64,000 nucleotides of DNA, taken from Macrostomum lignano (taxonomy: Eukaryota). This document shows, one piece after another, positions 36,844-64,000 of this stretch. The stretch is from assembly GCA_002269645.1 (NCBI GenBank), contig NIVC01000414.1:186001-250000 (forward strand), in the 5' to 3' direction. Positions within the stretch are counted from its first letter, which is position 1. Each line of letters opens with the position of its first letter. Made by a program: the position numbers and the translations under genes. The notes below the pieces were generated by a model. That model ran no database searches. It worked only from the letters and a program-made list of their open reading frames with translations, and had not been told where the DNA came from.

Positions 36844-39800
36844 CCCTAGTCTCGACAAATTTGCGAGGGTCTATATATGTGACCCCACTAAGAATTGGGT
36901 TGAACTTTTCTCTGTATGCCACAAATAGTCTGCCAAAATTGCCATAAGGAATTTGAAGAAGATGCTCCTTAGGGTGCCTTCTTTGACGTATTCTTCAATG
37001 ACCCACTGAAGCAGCTGGTGACACTCGCTCACATTTATCTTGGTAGAGCCATATTTGGAGTCTGTCTTGACTCTTGTGGCTTTCCATATGAAGAAAAGGG
37101 ACATTTTTCTGTGGTTACAATTTCAAAATAATGTAACTTAATTAGGTTTGTTACTGATATAGAGCAGTTTGTTTGCATGAACAATAAACAGTTTTTTATT
37201 ATAAGTTAGGTTGATGACTAAGTACATGGTTAGAGATAAAGACAGTAGGCCTGAATTAAAGTTGGTGGGAAGATGGCAGCAGGGTACTAATCAGTTTTCT
37301 AGTTATTCCTAATGGAAATTCAACACTTGATAAAAACTCTGGTCATTTTTTCCACTCACCTTTTGTTCCTTGTCGGGATCTTCAAGCCATCTGATTCTGT
37401 CTATGACCAATTGACCATTACAGTTAACAACGTCTTGTCGATTGGCATTGCCTTTGCAAAAAGTGAGGCACATTCCGATGGCAAGGTAGGTCATTATGCC
37501 TACTTTCTCATCGTCCTCCACTGCTTTCAGGCTATCCTCCTTCATCTTGACAATGGCCAGGATCTGCTCATCAAAAAGCACTCACTCGTTGTTCTGGTCC
37601 TATGAATTTATGATTTGTTTATTTATTAACTCATTTTTGTCTGATCATCATCAGAAGCACAAAAATTTTGCACTAGTAATACAAGTTTACGCTACATCTA
37701 CCATTAAAAACTGTTTGCCAGATATATATTCTTAGGACAAATTGTAGCTCATATATTACCATACGTAATAAAAGAATGAAGCTTTCATCATTAAATCAAG
37801 CATATAATAAACTGTATTATCACTTACATGCTCATTTCGATTGCAGTGCATATAAATATATAGTTGATTTTTCTATAGTTTGCTCTTAAGTCTAAAAATG
37901 TTTAATAAATACTTTAGTGAAACCCTACAAGGACATTGCTAGCTCCAGTGTAGCACATACTTTTAAAAAAAGAATTATTTGCACTTTAAAGCAAGTGATA
38001 TATAACATGTTAAATTTGCTTACCCTGCAGCAAGCTTTATAAACTTTCTTTCTTCAAAGGTAATACCTTGTCCATAAGGTACAGCACACGCCGAAACTTT
38101 CTAAGTCTTAGTTGAAGCCTAGAAGCAGCAACGTCTTGCAACCTATAGGCTCACAGAAACATAGCCACCTTCTGCAGGATGCTAACTGTCTCTTTCAGCA
38201 GACCGAAGCTCTGAGCCGGCAAATATTTGTTGATCTAACAAAAAGTAGATAATAAAAATAACTATTTGTATCAAAAAACAAAAAGGACTGCTGACAAACC
38301 ACATAACTACAATAGCTAGCTAATTATAACAAAATATATAAACAGGTGACTGGGAAAGTGAATGGATTGCTGAATGAGTGAACAGGTAACTGGGAAAGTG
38401 AATGCATTGCTGAATGAGTAAACAGGTAATCGGGATAGTGAGTGCATTGCTGAGTGAGTGAACAGGTGACAAAGATTGCTAAATAAATAGGAGGAAATTT
38501 GCATATTGAATTGGTATGCTGCTCAATTTTTCACAAGCGTTCTGTCTGATAAGTTCATTAAAGGTTGCCAATCCAGTTGTGTCTATTGCATGGACTAGAT
38601 AGTGGTCCATCTTGCCAATGATGCTTTCAGTAAGAGTTCCACCTGATGCTCCACCAAGATGTTTCTGTGAAGGAAATTGGAAGATAAATATTATTTAGCA
38701 AATATTGGAATTGTCACTTTTTTGTTTGCAATGCGCAAAGCCTTAGAAAGCCTTGAAAAGAAATAAGGTTGCTTTTTACCATTTAGACATTTTCATATTT
38801 AATTGCAAGGGTCACATAAGATTTCTAAGATTAAGATTTTAATAGAAATTTACACTTATATCAAAATCTTAATAATTTTTAAGAGCATTGCAAAAAAGTT
38901 TTTTCTCACCAGAAAGGCGGCCATATCAGGATTCAAATCATTCATGCCATTGAGTGTTGCCTTATGGTAAACCAAAATGGTCTTTAGCTATGTCAAAGAC
39001 ATCTCAATTTGGCCTGAACCTCAGGCTCTAGCTTCTTGTGGTTGCGCGTCTTGTGCTTTTGCAGGCTGTCCTTGCCACCTTTCATGCGCTTCTTGCACTC
39101 AGGGCAGACAACTGAATTCCTGTACACATTGAGGTGATAAAGTTAAGGCAATTTAGTTAACTATAAACTATCTAATGAAGTCTTTAGAAGAATGTCAATT
39201 CATAGCACAACTTGTAATCTCCTGTAAACCTAGAATAACAGGGCCTATTAGCTGACTCATAGCACCCTCCCTCACCTACTTGCTAAAGCATTTAAAATGT
39301 CCGACCACATGGACTCCTTATATCAATTTTCAATACTTGGCTTTCTACCTCCTCTTCTGGAGCAAATTATAAAGTTCAATAACTTTTAGTCAATTTTCAG
39401 CAAAGAAGCAACTAATGTTCAGAGAAGGTTAAGAAAACATTTTTGACAAACTTAACACAAAATAATTAGTGATTTGAGTAGGCCTAGTATGTATACTGTA
39501 CTTCTAATCCTAAAAAATGATTTCTAATCAATCGATCACAAATTTCTTTTTTAAGTTTCAAAGCTTGCTTAGGAACAGACATCACCAGACACAAAAAAAC
39601 TGAATGCCAAACAGATAATTAGTATAGACCCTACTGTGATAGAAAAGACTGCTTTTTATCTGAAAACAGAAATAAGATGAATTAATAGAGATGCACTCAC
39701 TTGTCATTTAACTGCTTGAAAAGATGGCATTTGCATCTCTGATGAGCTGCCTCTTCTGTGCAACAATGCTGGCAAAAAACTACTGCTTTGCTGTTGGCAG

Positions 39801-42800
39801 CTAGCTGCAGTCAAAATGTTCTTCATTGCCAGTTTGCTGCCACTAAGCAATCCTCTAGGAAACTATATTCAGTATCACCCATGTGTAGGGTAATAAGTGC
39901 AACTTAGAAATAGAAAACTAGTTCATAAAACACTTATGTATCAGCCCAAATAGCCCTAGTTTTATCTGTGCAAAGTACACTGGTTTGATGGTACCTTTGA
40001 TGAAAAGTAATTCTGAGAATGAGGCCTCTAAAGCTAGCGCTCCTATTGGCTAGAGTGGAAGGTTCAAATGGAGAAGTGTAGTAACTGAGTCAGAGGCCGT
40101 GTTTGCTGTGTAGCCAAACTCTTACAATCTCGTGGTGCTGGACACGCGTCTATTTATTTTGGAGTTAGAATTGGGGTGGTGGCACCCACCTCACTCCGCA
40201 GCCAATCAGACTGCCTGGGCTTACCACTGGGCTGTCATACTGTGTGTACACACTCTACAAGGAGAAAGAAAGACAAAAAATCTGCATCCCAATGCATACT
40301 CCGCCAAATGACACTGCCCAAAATCATTCCACAGTCCCCAGCAATAATTCCAGCAATAGAAAAAAACAAGATAGCTGTGCCACTTGGGATATAATATGTA
40401 CTTTACAGATTTTAGTATTGGGAGTTTGTGCCATGTAGTTTCAGTTTTGTGCCAGTTTGTTTTTTGTAGATAACATCGATTGAAAGTACAAAAACACCAG
40501 AAACCTACCATTGGGAAAAAATTGGTGGCTCTCCAGTGGACCTCACCAGCGGCACACCCCACGGGCCACCGGGTGGCATGCGTCACAGGCTGGCAGGTGG
40601 TCCAACAGTGGCATGCCATTTAACATATACATGTATAACATGTAACATGTATAACATGTCGTTGAGAATGTATGCATGCCACTTACATGCCACTTTCTTG
40701 CCACTACTGAGAAGGATACTTATATTAAACATTAGGCATATGAAACACAATTCAATGAGAAAGGGGACTTCTATCAAACCCACTTGTCAAATATAAGCAA
40801 TAGCCTATACTCCTACTGTGGTAGAACTGAATGAGAGCTTTTAAAACTATAATGCTGTCAAACAATAACCCTCTTTGTCAATTTTAGACCACTATCTACT
40901 ACTTTCTTAGCTCCAATCACATATTGCACATAATCGCCAAAAGGTCAATCTGTTCACAGAAGTTAGCAAATGAAAAATTTGTTGATAAAATAATAGAAGT
41001 GAAGTGTTTGCTTGTCGCTTCCCAATCAGTCGCTAGAGCTGCCTACCTCGAGCCCTTGGTAGACTCTCCCAGGAAGCCTTCTAGTTGCTCTTAGTAGCGT
41101 TGGTAGATGCTGCCACCAGCTCGCTCAGATCTTGTCCTTTGGTCAGGGAGACTCCGGGCTGAGCAAAATAAACAAGACACAAGAACTTAGCACGCCATGC
41201 AGATTTGACAGTTTGTACCAGTACCAACCTCGTCAGTGGTCCTGCCGGGCTCAAGTGCGGGGATAAGGAACTGTGCTAGTTTCTAGTTAGCTCAGTTGGG
41301 AGTCTTAGCATACGCTCAGTCGGAGATGGATTGAAGATTAGATTAAAGTTGGCGAAGGACTAGGGTGAGCTGCACAGGACTTAAAAGTTAGCCTAGATCA
41401 GAGAAAGTGTTAAACGAACAGATAAATGAAGGGTGAAAAGAGGGTTAGCGCAAACGGGTTGAAATGCAGAGCACAAAGAAAGGTTGCCAAACAGAGGCAC
41501 AAGAGGCTCGTACTTATAGGATAGCAGATCGATTTCACCATACAGTGAAAGCACTCCCCCATTGCGCCAGAGTACATAAAGCCACTCACTGCGCTCCCAA
41601 TCTGGTGTGATTCAGTTCTATTTTTAGAAACAAGCACAAAACCCCTGCCTGAGAGGCAAGGATGCCATTCCTAATTTTGAGACTGACACACGAGATTTCA
41701 CAAGGGAGTGCAAGAAAAGGACAGAGCGCCTGGGCCACGTGATCCGCTACTGTACAAGATGGACTGAGAGTACAGCCAGAATGGGCTGAACTTGGACTAA
41801 GAAATGCAGCCACACAAAAGGGAGAAAAGGTGGGGCAGACAGACAATGAATCAAGAACAGGCTGAGCGGAGAATCTCAGACACTGGGAATGCATCAATGG
41901 CTCAAGTTTAGGTGCCGAATCCTCCACGTCTACTTCCTTTGACAATGCTAACAATGGAGATTGATGTGGACTTTGCTCATCTTGATTTTCTTCATCATCA
42001 GCAAAGGAATCCTCCAACACAGTAGTTTCTTCTATGCTGCTAAAAAACTGCTTCACTTGGAAGTTGCAGTCATCCTATTCCTAGAAATGAAGATTGTTTA
42101 TGCTCCGTGGGCAAATGACTCAATAGAAACTAAGACCTTTGATTAAGAACAAATGAATAAATAGTTGATTTTGTTATTTGATGTAACCGCCCCTGTCGCC
42201 TGTCCGCTCCGTAGAGAGACGAACGCATGACTAGAGGGGGCAATGACCGTAGGCTGCCTATGACCGGGCAATGACCTGACGGACCTCCAGCACCAGACTG
42301 TCCCGCCCACATGATTGGTAGCTTTGGTAGCGCTTTGTGACCAGAGGGCCAAGGACCCACATGGACCCCACCTGTAGCCAAGGTGCAATAGTTGGTCACT
42401 CGGTCATAGTATGACCGAGTGGCTGCCACCACTCTATGTGACCTGGCGCACCTGGATCTTTCTACCAGACCTCTCGAGGCTAGAGCCCCGCCTGGATTGG
42501 TTACCAGGGGATTTAGGCTAACAGGGGAGACGCATGCAGCCGAGTACAGGGACTCTGCTTGGGGCATGATCGGGAACTCTGGGCTCAATCCTGGAGGATT
42601 TCTTAGCAGGGGATCCTTTGTGGCTGTGAGCGAGGCTGACTTGCGACTTTGATTACTAAGAGTAGTATGAGGCGAACATGTACTGTCTCTAGTTTAGATT
42701 GCTCAGGGCGAAGGGACGCATCAGCATGGGGTTGCAACCTTCCTACTGCCATTCTGTGCCAAGACTCGCTAATCCCTCTACTACACGCACACGTGGCCCC

Positions 42801-43430
42801 GCAGCACGCACTCACAGGCGGGCTTTGCACGGGGAGAGGCCATTAGCTTACCCAAACTTCCTTATGCTTTGCCACCCCAGTAGAAAGGCTTAGCAAGCCA
42901 TGAGTTAAATGATGGTGAAAGATTGAATAATGATGAAGTTAGTTAATAGTTAATAATTAGGCCCTTAGGCGAATAATCAGGCAATTAGGCAGCTTCACTA
43001 TTGAGTAAAATATAGCAAAAAGTTACGGTATCACACTTGGCCCAGCTCTCTAATCAGACAATGGAAAATAGGCAAACCCCGGATAAGCAAAGGCAATTAG
43101 AGCACAAATTAGTAACAGGAACTTACCGGCAGCTGCACAGAGAGAGAGAGAGAGGCGGAGTGACCGAGGGCGGCTGTAGGCTGCAGTCAAGCAGACAGTG
43201 AAGCGGCGATGCGCTGAGGCGACGAGGCGCTGGTGTAGATCAGGCGAAGCTGATGATGCTGGGCGGTGTCAGACCGCTGGCCGATAGGCCAGCTCACTTG
43301 GGGAGCTGAAGATAACTTGGCGGTAACAGACCGCGGACCGGCAGGGATTCGTCTTATAGACGAATGGGTCAGAACTCAGTCTGACGGCAAGTCTAAAGAA
43401 AGACTAGGAGCCCGAAGGTGGGCAAAAGTT
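36844..43430 (-). pseudogene. Decayed spliced gene or transposon gene including a C2H2 zinc-finger exon
   Basis: Series of canonical minus-strand donors (43126, ~41046, ~39700, 38909, 38023, 37359, 36844) behind stop-riddled exon-like segments; CPECKKRMKGGKDSLQKHKTRNH at ~39039-39107. Confidence 0.4.
38339..38475. repeat. ~40-bp tandem repeat (3-4 copies) AACAGGTGACTGGGAAAGTGAATGCATTGCTGAATGAGT; a related single copy lies at ~36722
   Basis: Direct reading of the sequence. Confidence 0.75.
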
Positions 43431-43458
43431 GAGACTTCTCATGCCGAAAACCACCTCC

Positions 43459-43519
43459 TTTTATAGCCTTCCCAGCCGCCGCTCCAAGGTTGTTTCCATG
43501 GCTCCCTCTCTCTGATTGG
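43459..43519 (-). promoter_or_regulatory. Putative Pol II promoter (CCAAT box and TATA box) facing the decayed gene
   Basis: Minus strand CAGCCAATCAG at ~43512-43522 and TATAAAAGG at 43465-43457, upstream of a GC-rich exon-like segment ending CCG|GTAAGT at 43126. Confidence 0.4.
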
Positions 43520-46500
43520 CTGCCAGCCAAATGATGTCAGAATGAGTCATGATGAGAAACATGAGACCAGCATAGCAACATGAGAAATAGGGAAATTGCG
43601 CAATCTGGAGGTGGGGTGGGGGGATAATTGGCGCAGCGGGTGGTCGCAAAAGTGTTGCGCAAGCAAACATTGAGAACAATGGGGCCGGGGTCGAGAACAA
43701 AGGAATTGGAAATCGGGGATAATTGAGGAGAATCAAGAACAATGGAAAAGTAAACATTGGAGAAAAGGTGATAATTTGGTGCGAAAACGAGAACAAAAGA
43801 AAGAGAAAATCGGAGAAAATGTGATAATTGGTGGGGGTCGAGAGAACAAAAGAATCAAAAACGAGAACAATAGAAGTGGAGGTGGGGTGGGTGTTGCATG
43901 GGAAATTTGGGGAGGAGAACAATGGCATGAGAAAAGGTTGCGCAAGAGAGGGGGATGAGTCATCGAGGGGAAGAAGGGGTCACACGACTTGCGTCACCGT
44001 TTGGGAGTTTAGGAAAGGATGGGAGGACGGTGAGCACACAACATACTGCAAGTAGACTTAGAGAAAGAGGGACAGCGCAAGAAAAGAGTGCAGAGAGAGA
44101 CAAAAAGAGGAGGGATAGGGAAAGTACAAGAAGAATAGGGTGGAGTGCAGGGGAGATAAGGTAGAGGGGAGGGTACAGAGAGGGACAGGGAGCTCTGGAA
44201 AGGCAGGTGTGGTGGCAGGGGAGATGGAACCAAGGCAGCAGGGGGGTGCAGCAGAGCGGGAGTCTCCAGGCCTGGTTGGAAAACTGGCCGAGTCTCGACA
44301 GCTCTGTGCAGGGGGGTACACGAGATAGGAGGCACTTACGAAAAAGTTCCCATGCCCTATCCCGCGACCAGAGTGTGGTTACATCATATTTATTATTATT
44401 AAAACTAAATAAATATTAGGTTAATGCAGACCCTCTAAAATTGTTAATTATTGCGGCGGACTCAAATGAGGAGAAATTTGGCAGTGCCAAGAGCGAAACT
44501 AATGGGTAAATAAATATAAGTTTATTTGAGTAGTCGTGTCAAGCACTAACAGTACTCAAGTTGGGGAACAAAAGAACAAGAGCAAGTAAGCACAGGGGAA
44601 CAAGGAAAAATGGGGAACACGAAGAAAAAGCATGAGCAGCAAATTGAATAAACAGGACATATAGCATCAGGCATGGTTAATCCCAGAGGGTAGGTCACCA
44701 ATTGGGATAGCAAGTGGGTCACCCGAGGGAAAAGGAAAAAAACCGGTAGCTGGAAACACTAAAATAAACAAACAAAGGGTGGGGGCACCAAATAGAGCGA
44801 ATGGGGGAGCAGCGGAAGGGACAGTTGGGGGAACAGGCAGGGGAACAACAGGAGCAGAAAAGTGATGTCAATCGTCAGCCGATGGATAACCATTTCGTCC
44901 GCGTCAGTGATTGTGAGGTGGGGGCGGAGAAAAGAAATCTTTGGTGGGTTGGCGGTTTCTAAACTTTTGAACTGCCAGCTTCGTTATATCGGCACCAGTA
45001 AAGCTGGAAAGTTGCACGGATTAACTTGAATCAATTTTCTCCTTGATAGTCCGTCTGCTGGGGTCCTTAATTCAGGCGGGAGGGTAGTCGTTGTTGTAGG
45101 CAAGCGGTCTTTTGACAGGCACGGTCGTTCAGAGGGTAGACGCTGATATTGACACCGTAGATTGATGTACGTCGATTTGCTTAACTGAATACTGTCAGTA
45201 GGGTAGAGCTGCTACCACCATAATTTGTCGTATTACAGAACATTAAAATCTCAGAGCTCGTTTGGAGTTGAGATAAATTGTTTGTTTTATGCCCCGTAGG
45301 AAAATTACTCAAGATAAACTATAAGGCTTCCATTAACTAATGAAAATGAATAATTGTTGTTGACTAAATGTTTTGTTGGCGGAACAATGTAATTGATGCA
45401 GTGATTAATTAATGTAGTCTAATTATTTAATTGGGTCGACGAGATTATTATTATGATCTGGCAGTGCGAGGATGTAGTAAAATAAAAGCTAGTTTAAAGG
45501 AAACTATTAAGCACTACTTGCAAATTTAACGGCTACTTAGTTGTTATAAGAGCAAGAATGAGCACAAGATTGCTAGTGCACAAGAGCACAGGAGTAAAAG
45601 AGCACAAGAGGAATAAAATAATGTCATAAATTGAGTGTTAAATATTAGCATGCAACGAGTGGGGTAGGCAATGGGGCAACCAGCGGAAAAACGGGGCCAA
45701 CGAGATCAAACTGGAAAAACAAAGGCCAGACAAAGGCCAAAAGGGACCAAAGGAAGGGGAGGGGAGGGGAGCACGGAAACCAGCAAAAGGGGCAACAAAT
45801 GGTCGTGATGCAGAATTGTCCAGTCATCGGAGAAATCACGAAATCAGTTGGTAGACCCCGCTACCACAATTGCTGCCATCCTCCTAGTGGTAGACCGACC
45901 TACCACAATATTATTAACAGAAAATTAATAAGCAATGGTAGCAGCCTGACTGCCACAAGAAGGCGGGTGCTGATGTCATAGTCAGCAGTCTTTTCTGGCC
46001 TTAATTTAGAATTAAAGGCTTAGAATTAACGTGTTCGAAATATGAGTCAAGTACTATGAGAAGTTTGACTGAGTACCACCACTGTCGATCTGTAAATTCT
46101 CTTTTTCATGATCCTATTATTTTTATTTTGCTTATCTAGCAGAAATTCATATTTGATATATTACTTTCTCCTGGCTCAAATAGTAGCCTGGTGAGATAAT
46201 TCATTCGAAATTCTTGAAGTTATAAGAAATTAGATGAAGATGTTTGGTCCCCTAACATAGGTAATTTTGTCCAAGCTCATGTGATTGCCTGCCCCCTTAG
46301 ATACATAGGTCATAGGGTAAAAGTGAATTCAAGTCACTAATCCACAAAGATTCAGTCACAAAGATATTATTCTAGGCAATTAAAATAATTTTAATTTAAT
46401 ATATCAAACTTATTTCAAGTTTATACGCCTAATATCATCACAAAGGGCATACAAGTTTTGAAATACATTAGTGTCTAAAGCAAAATTTCTATCAAATTTT

Positions 46501-47589
46501 TTCAAAGTAGTTGCTTCTAGCTTGTACACATTTCCTCATCTGGTCAAACCATTTTCTAGACTCCAGCCCACTATTCTAGCACTGCTAAAACTATCCATTT
46601 GAACTTAATTCTTGCTGTTACATGGCTCTCAAATGGAGTCTTACACGCAGTTGGTTCTTCATCAAAGGGAAGAGAAAGAAGTCGTAGGGTGCTAGGTCAG
46701 GGGAATATACAGGATGTATGCATTACTAGCCGAGCTCTATTCTTGGCTAGAAATACCAATGTTGTAGCAGCAATGTGTAATCACGGGCCACAAAGTCTAG
46801 TATGATTACTCGTATATGGCTGGAATCTATGCCATGCATCAAACATAAGTAGCAAGCACTGTTTAATATACTAGTTTGCATTGAATGTATACCCATCTTA
46901 GAGTACCACAGTCACCAGGTAACTAGCCTGGTTAAAGAAAGTTGCCACCATCTACTTCCCGCCACTGCAAGCCCACTTGACCTTCATTGGGGTGACATCA
47001 TCTGGAGAGAGCCAAACTGCCAACTGCTGCTTGGTTTCTGAGTTGCACTGGTAGACCCAGGTCTTATTACCTGTGGTGATCTTCCAGCATCATTTTAAGG
47101 TGCCAAAATCAAATCCTTTAAAAATGAACTTGAACCAATTCACCTTTGCTGCTTTCTAGTCCTCTGTCAGGTTGTGGGGTACCCATTAGGCACATCATTT
47201 GGAGGCTCCACTTGTTGTGCAGGATGGTCATAGCAGCTATTGATCCAATGACAAAAGCCTCTTGGATCTTGCCACAGGTCACTTGCTAGTCCTTGTCAAT
47301 CATTTTCCAGATAGCAACAATGTTTTTGTCTATGGCAGCCTATATTTGGCTTAATATATAGTATACTATTTAGTATATTTAGATGTCTCCACACCTTATG
47401 CACTGTCAAATCCAATCCATGTCAATGTGCATATCAAAAACAAATGCATGCTAAAAATTATACATTGTGGTATAGGAGTGGTAAACTTTTTACTATATGG
47501 GCTAAATTAAGTTAATGACTGTACGAGTAGGCTAGATAAGAGAATAAAAAAATAAAGAGATTAAATATACAATAAGATACAAGATAAAA

Positions 47590-48110
47590 GAAGAGTTAAC
47601 CAATCACACCCAGCAGCAAAAGATACAACCAGCTGGTAAGCAAAAGTTTATGGCACAAAGTAGCAAAACAGGTGGAGAAAGTGACCCCTAAGTAACAATA
47701 AGTTTATTTGGCTAATTTCTCACAAAGTAATTGGCAAAGAACCATAAAGAGTACACAAACAAGCAAACAAGATTAAAAGAAGGAGTTACTCATAAAAGAT
47801 TGAGCTGCTAAGTCAGAGCAAGTTATGTTTTACAGAGGGGCAGTGTATAGGCAAATAAGTGGGTGAGCAACCCCCCCCCCCCCAACAGAGTTATAGAGCA
47901 CAGTGCACAAATGTGGCACAAAGTACAGTGCAAGGAGAGGTAGATCGCCTATTTCACTTTAGGCTAACAAAAAATAAGCCTTAAGAAAAATAAATGAAGA
48001 TATTAACCAATCACATACTAACAGCAAAAGATACAGCCAGTAAGCAGGCAAAGGTCTATGGCACAAAGTAGCACAAGAGGTAGTGAAAGCAACCCCTAAC
48101 CCCAAATAAG
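47590..48110. repeat. Diverged ~110-bp direct repeat (47590-47700 and ~47997-48110)
   Basis: TTAACCAATCACA...GCAAAAGATACA...TATGGCACAAAGTAGCA...ACCCCTAA in both copies. Confidence 0.7.
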
Positions 48111-48631
48111 AAAAATAGGAGGCAGTCAATGTAGCATTAGCTAGGCCATGAATGCCAAAGTAAAATGTCAAATGTAGCAGAATGTAGCAATAAGATAGAT
48201 GAGCCTGGCAATGGCTTCCTAGGACAGAAAACAAAGGCTGTTGAAACACACAGATTTGATTCTCTTTCACAGATGAGCTCCCAGCGCAGTAGCAGGGCAG
48301 CTAAGTGGGTATTTAGAGGCCTGCAACAGAAAGACTTCCAGTTGCCACTCCCTGAGTTACCTAGAGGCAAAAATGTCTCTGCAGGCCATATGCAGCCAAT
48401 AAGACAGTTTGCTGACCTTTGATATCGGGAAACAGGCATTTACGAGCATATGGTAAAATTGCAAAAATAACTTTTACTGTAGATATTGTAAATTGAACAT
48501 ATGTAGACAGAGGTACCAAAGTGTTTCACTTGATCGTCCAATTAATGCTACGTGTATTTATGTACTAAAATCTGAAAATTCATAGTAGAAAAACATTCGA
48601 TCTCTCTATTCCATGTTGAGCTCAGTATTGG

Positions 48632-63836
<15,205 letters not shown>

Positions 63837-64000
63837 AAATATGGCGGATCTCTGTTTTCCACTGTGCGAACCCATTACGACCTAAATGAATGCTAAAATG
63901 AAAAATACAAGTGACGAGCTTAATTGCTCTACAGTAAGTGCTAGCAACTAGCATATATATTTTATGTTGAGTATACTTGAACTTTTAACTGCCAAACTAT

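Noticed and set aside
42182-42900. Confident solo-LTR call
   Set aside because: No terminal CA with a matching 4-6-bp TSD could be located; kept only as a low-interest finding.

Overview
Eukaryotic (invertebrate animal) genomic DNA. GC-rich exons with poly-Q/A/H tracts and minisatellite-stuffed introns suggest a lophotrochozoan such as the flatworm Macrostomum; this is inference and was not verified. Three spliced genes could be reconstructed exon by exon with GT-AG junctions and consistent phase. (1) An SK/KCNN small-conductance Ca-activated K+ channel on the minus strand: 8 exons, 17389->203, continuing off the left edge. (2) DNALI1/p28 axonemal dynein light intermediate chain on the minus strand: 4 exons, 259 aa, complete. 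(3) H6PD, an ER-type hexose-6-phosphate dehydrogenase/6-phosphogluconolactonase fusion, on the plus strand: 6 exons, 859 aa, complete. Mobile DNA includes a full-length LOA/R1-group non-LTR retrotransposon (ORF1; APE-RT-RNaseH) nested inside a tRNA-derived SINE with a 12-bp TSD, two further copies of that SINE, a CORE-like SINE and a Charlie-like hAT MITE. An AT-rich, CpG-depleted decayed element complex (about 32.3-48 kb) holds Ulp1-, PHD-, C2H2- and DGYxW-like remnants. About eleven unrelated mini/microsatellite arrays account for most of the long ORFs in the supplied track. The most striking observation is a ~296-bp hAT-type MITE, present as two independent inverted insertions with different 8-bp TSDs. 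It carries a ~64-nt piece of 28S rRNA (helix 69, the R2/I-PpoI target site) in which the central 14 nt around the cleavage site are the most altered part.
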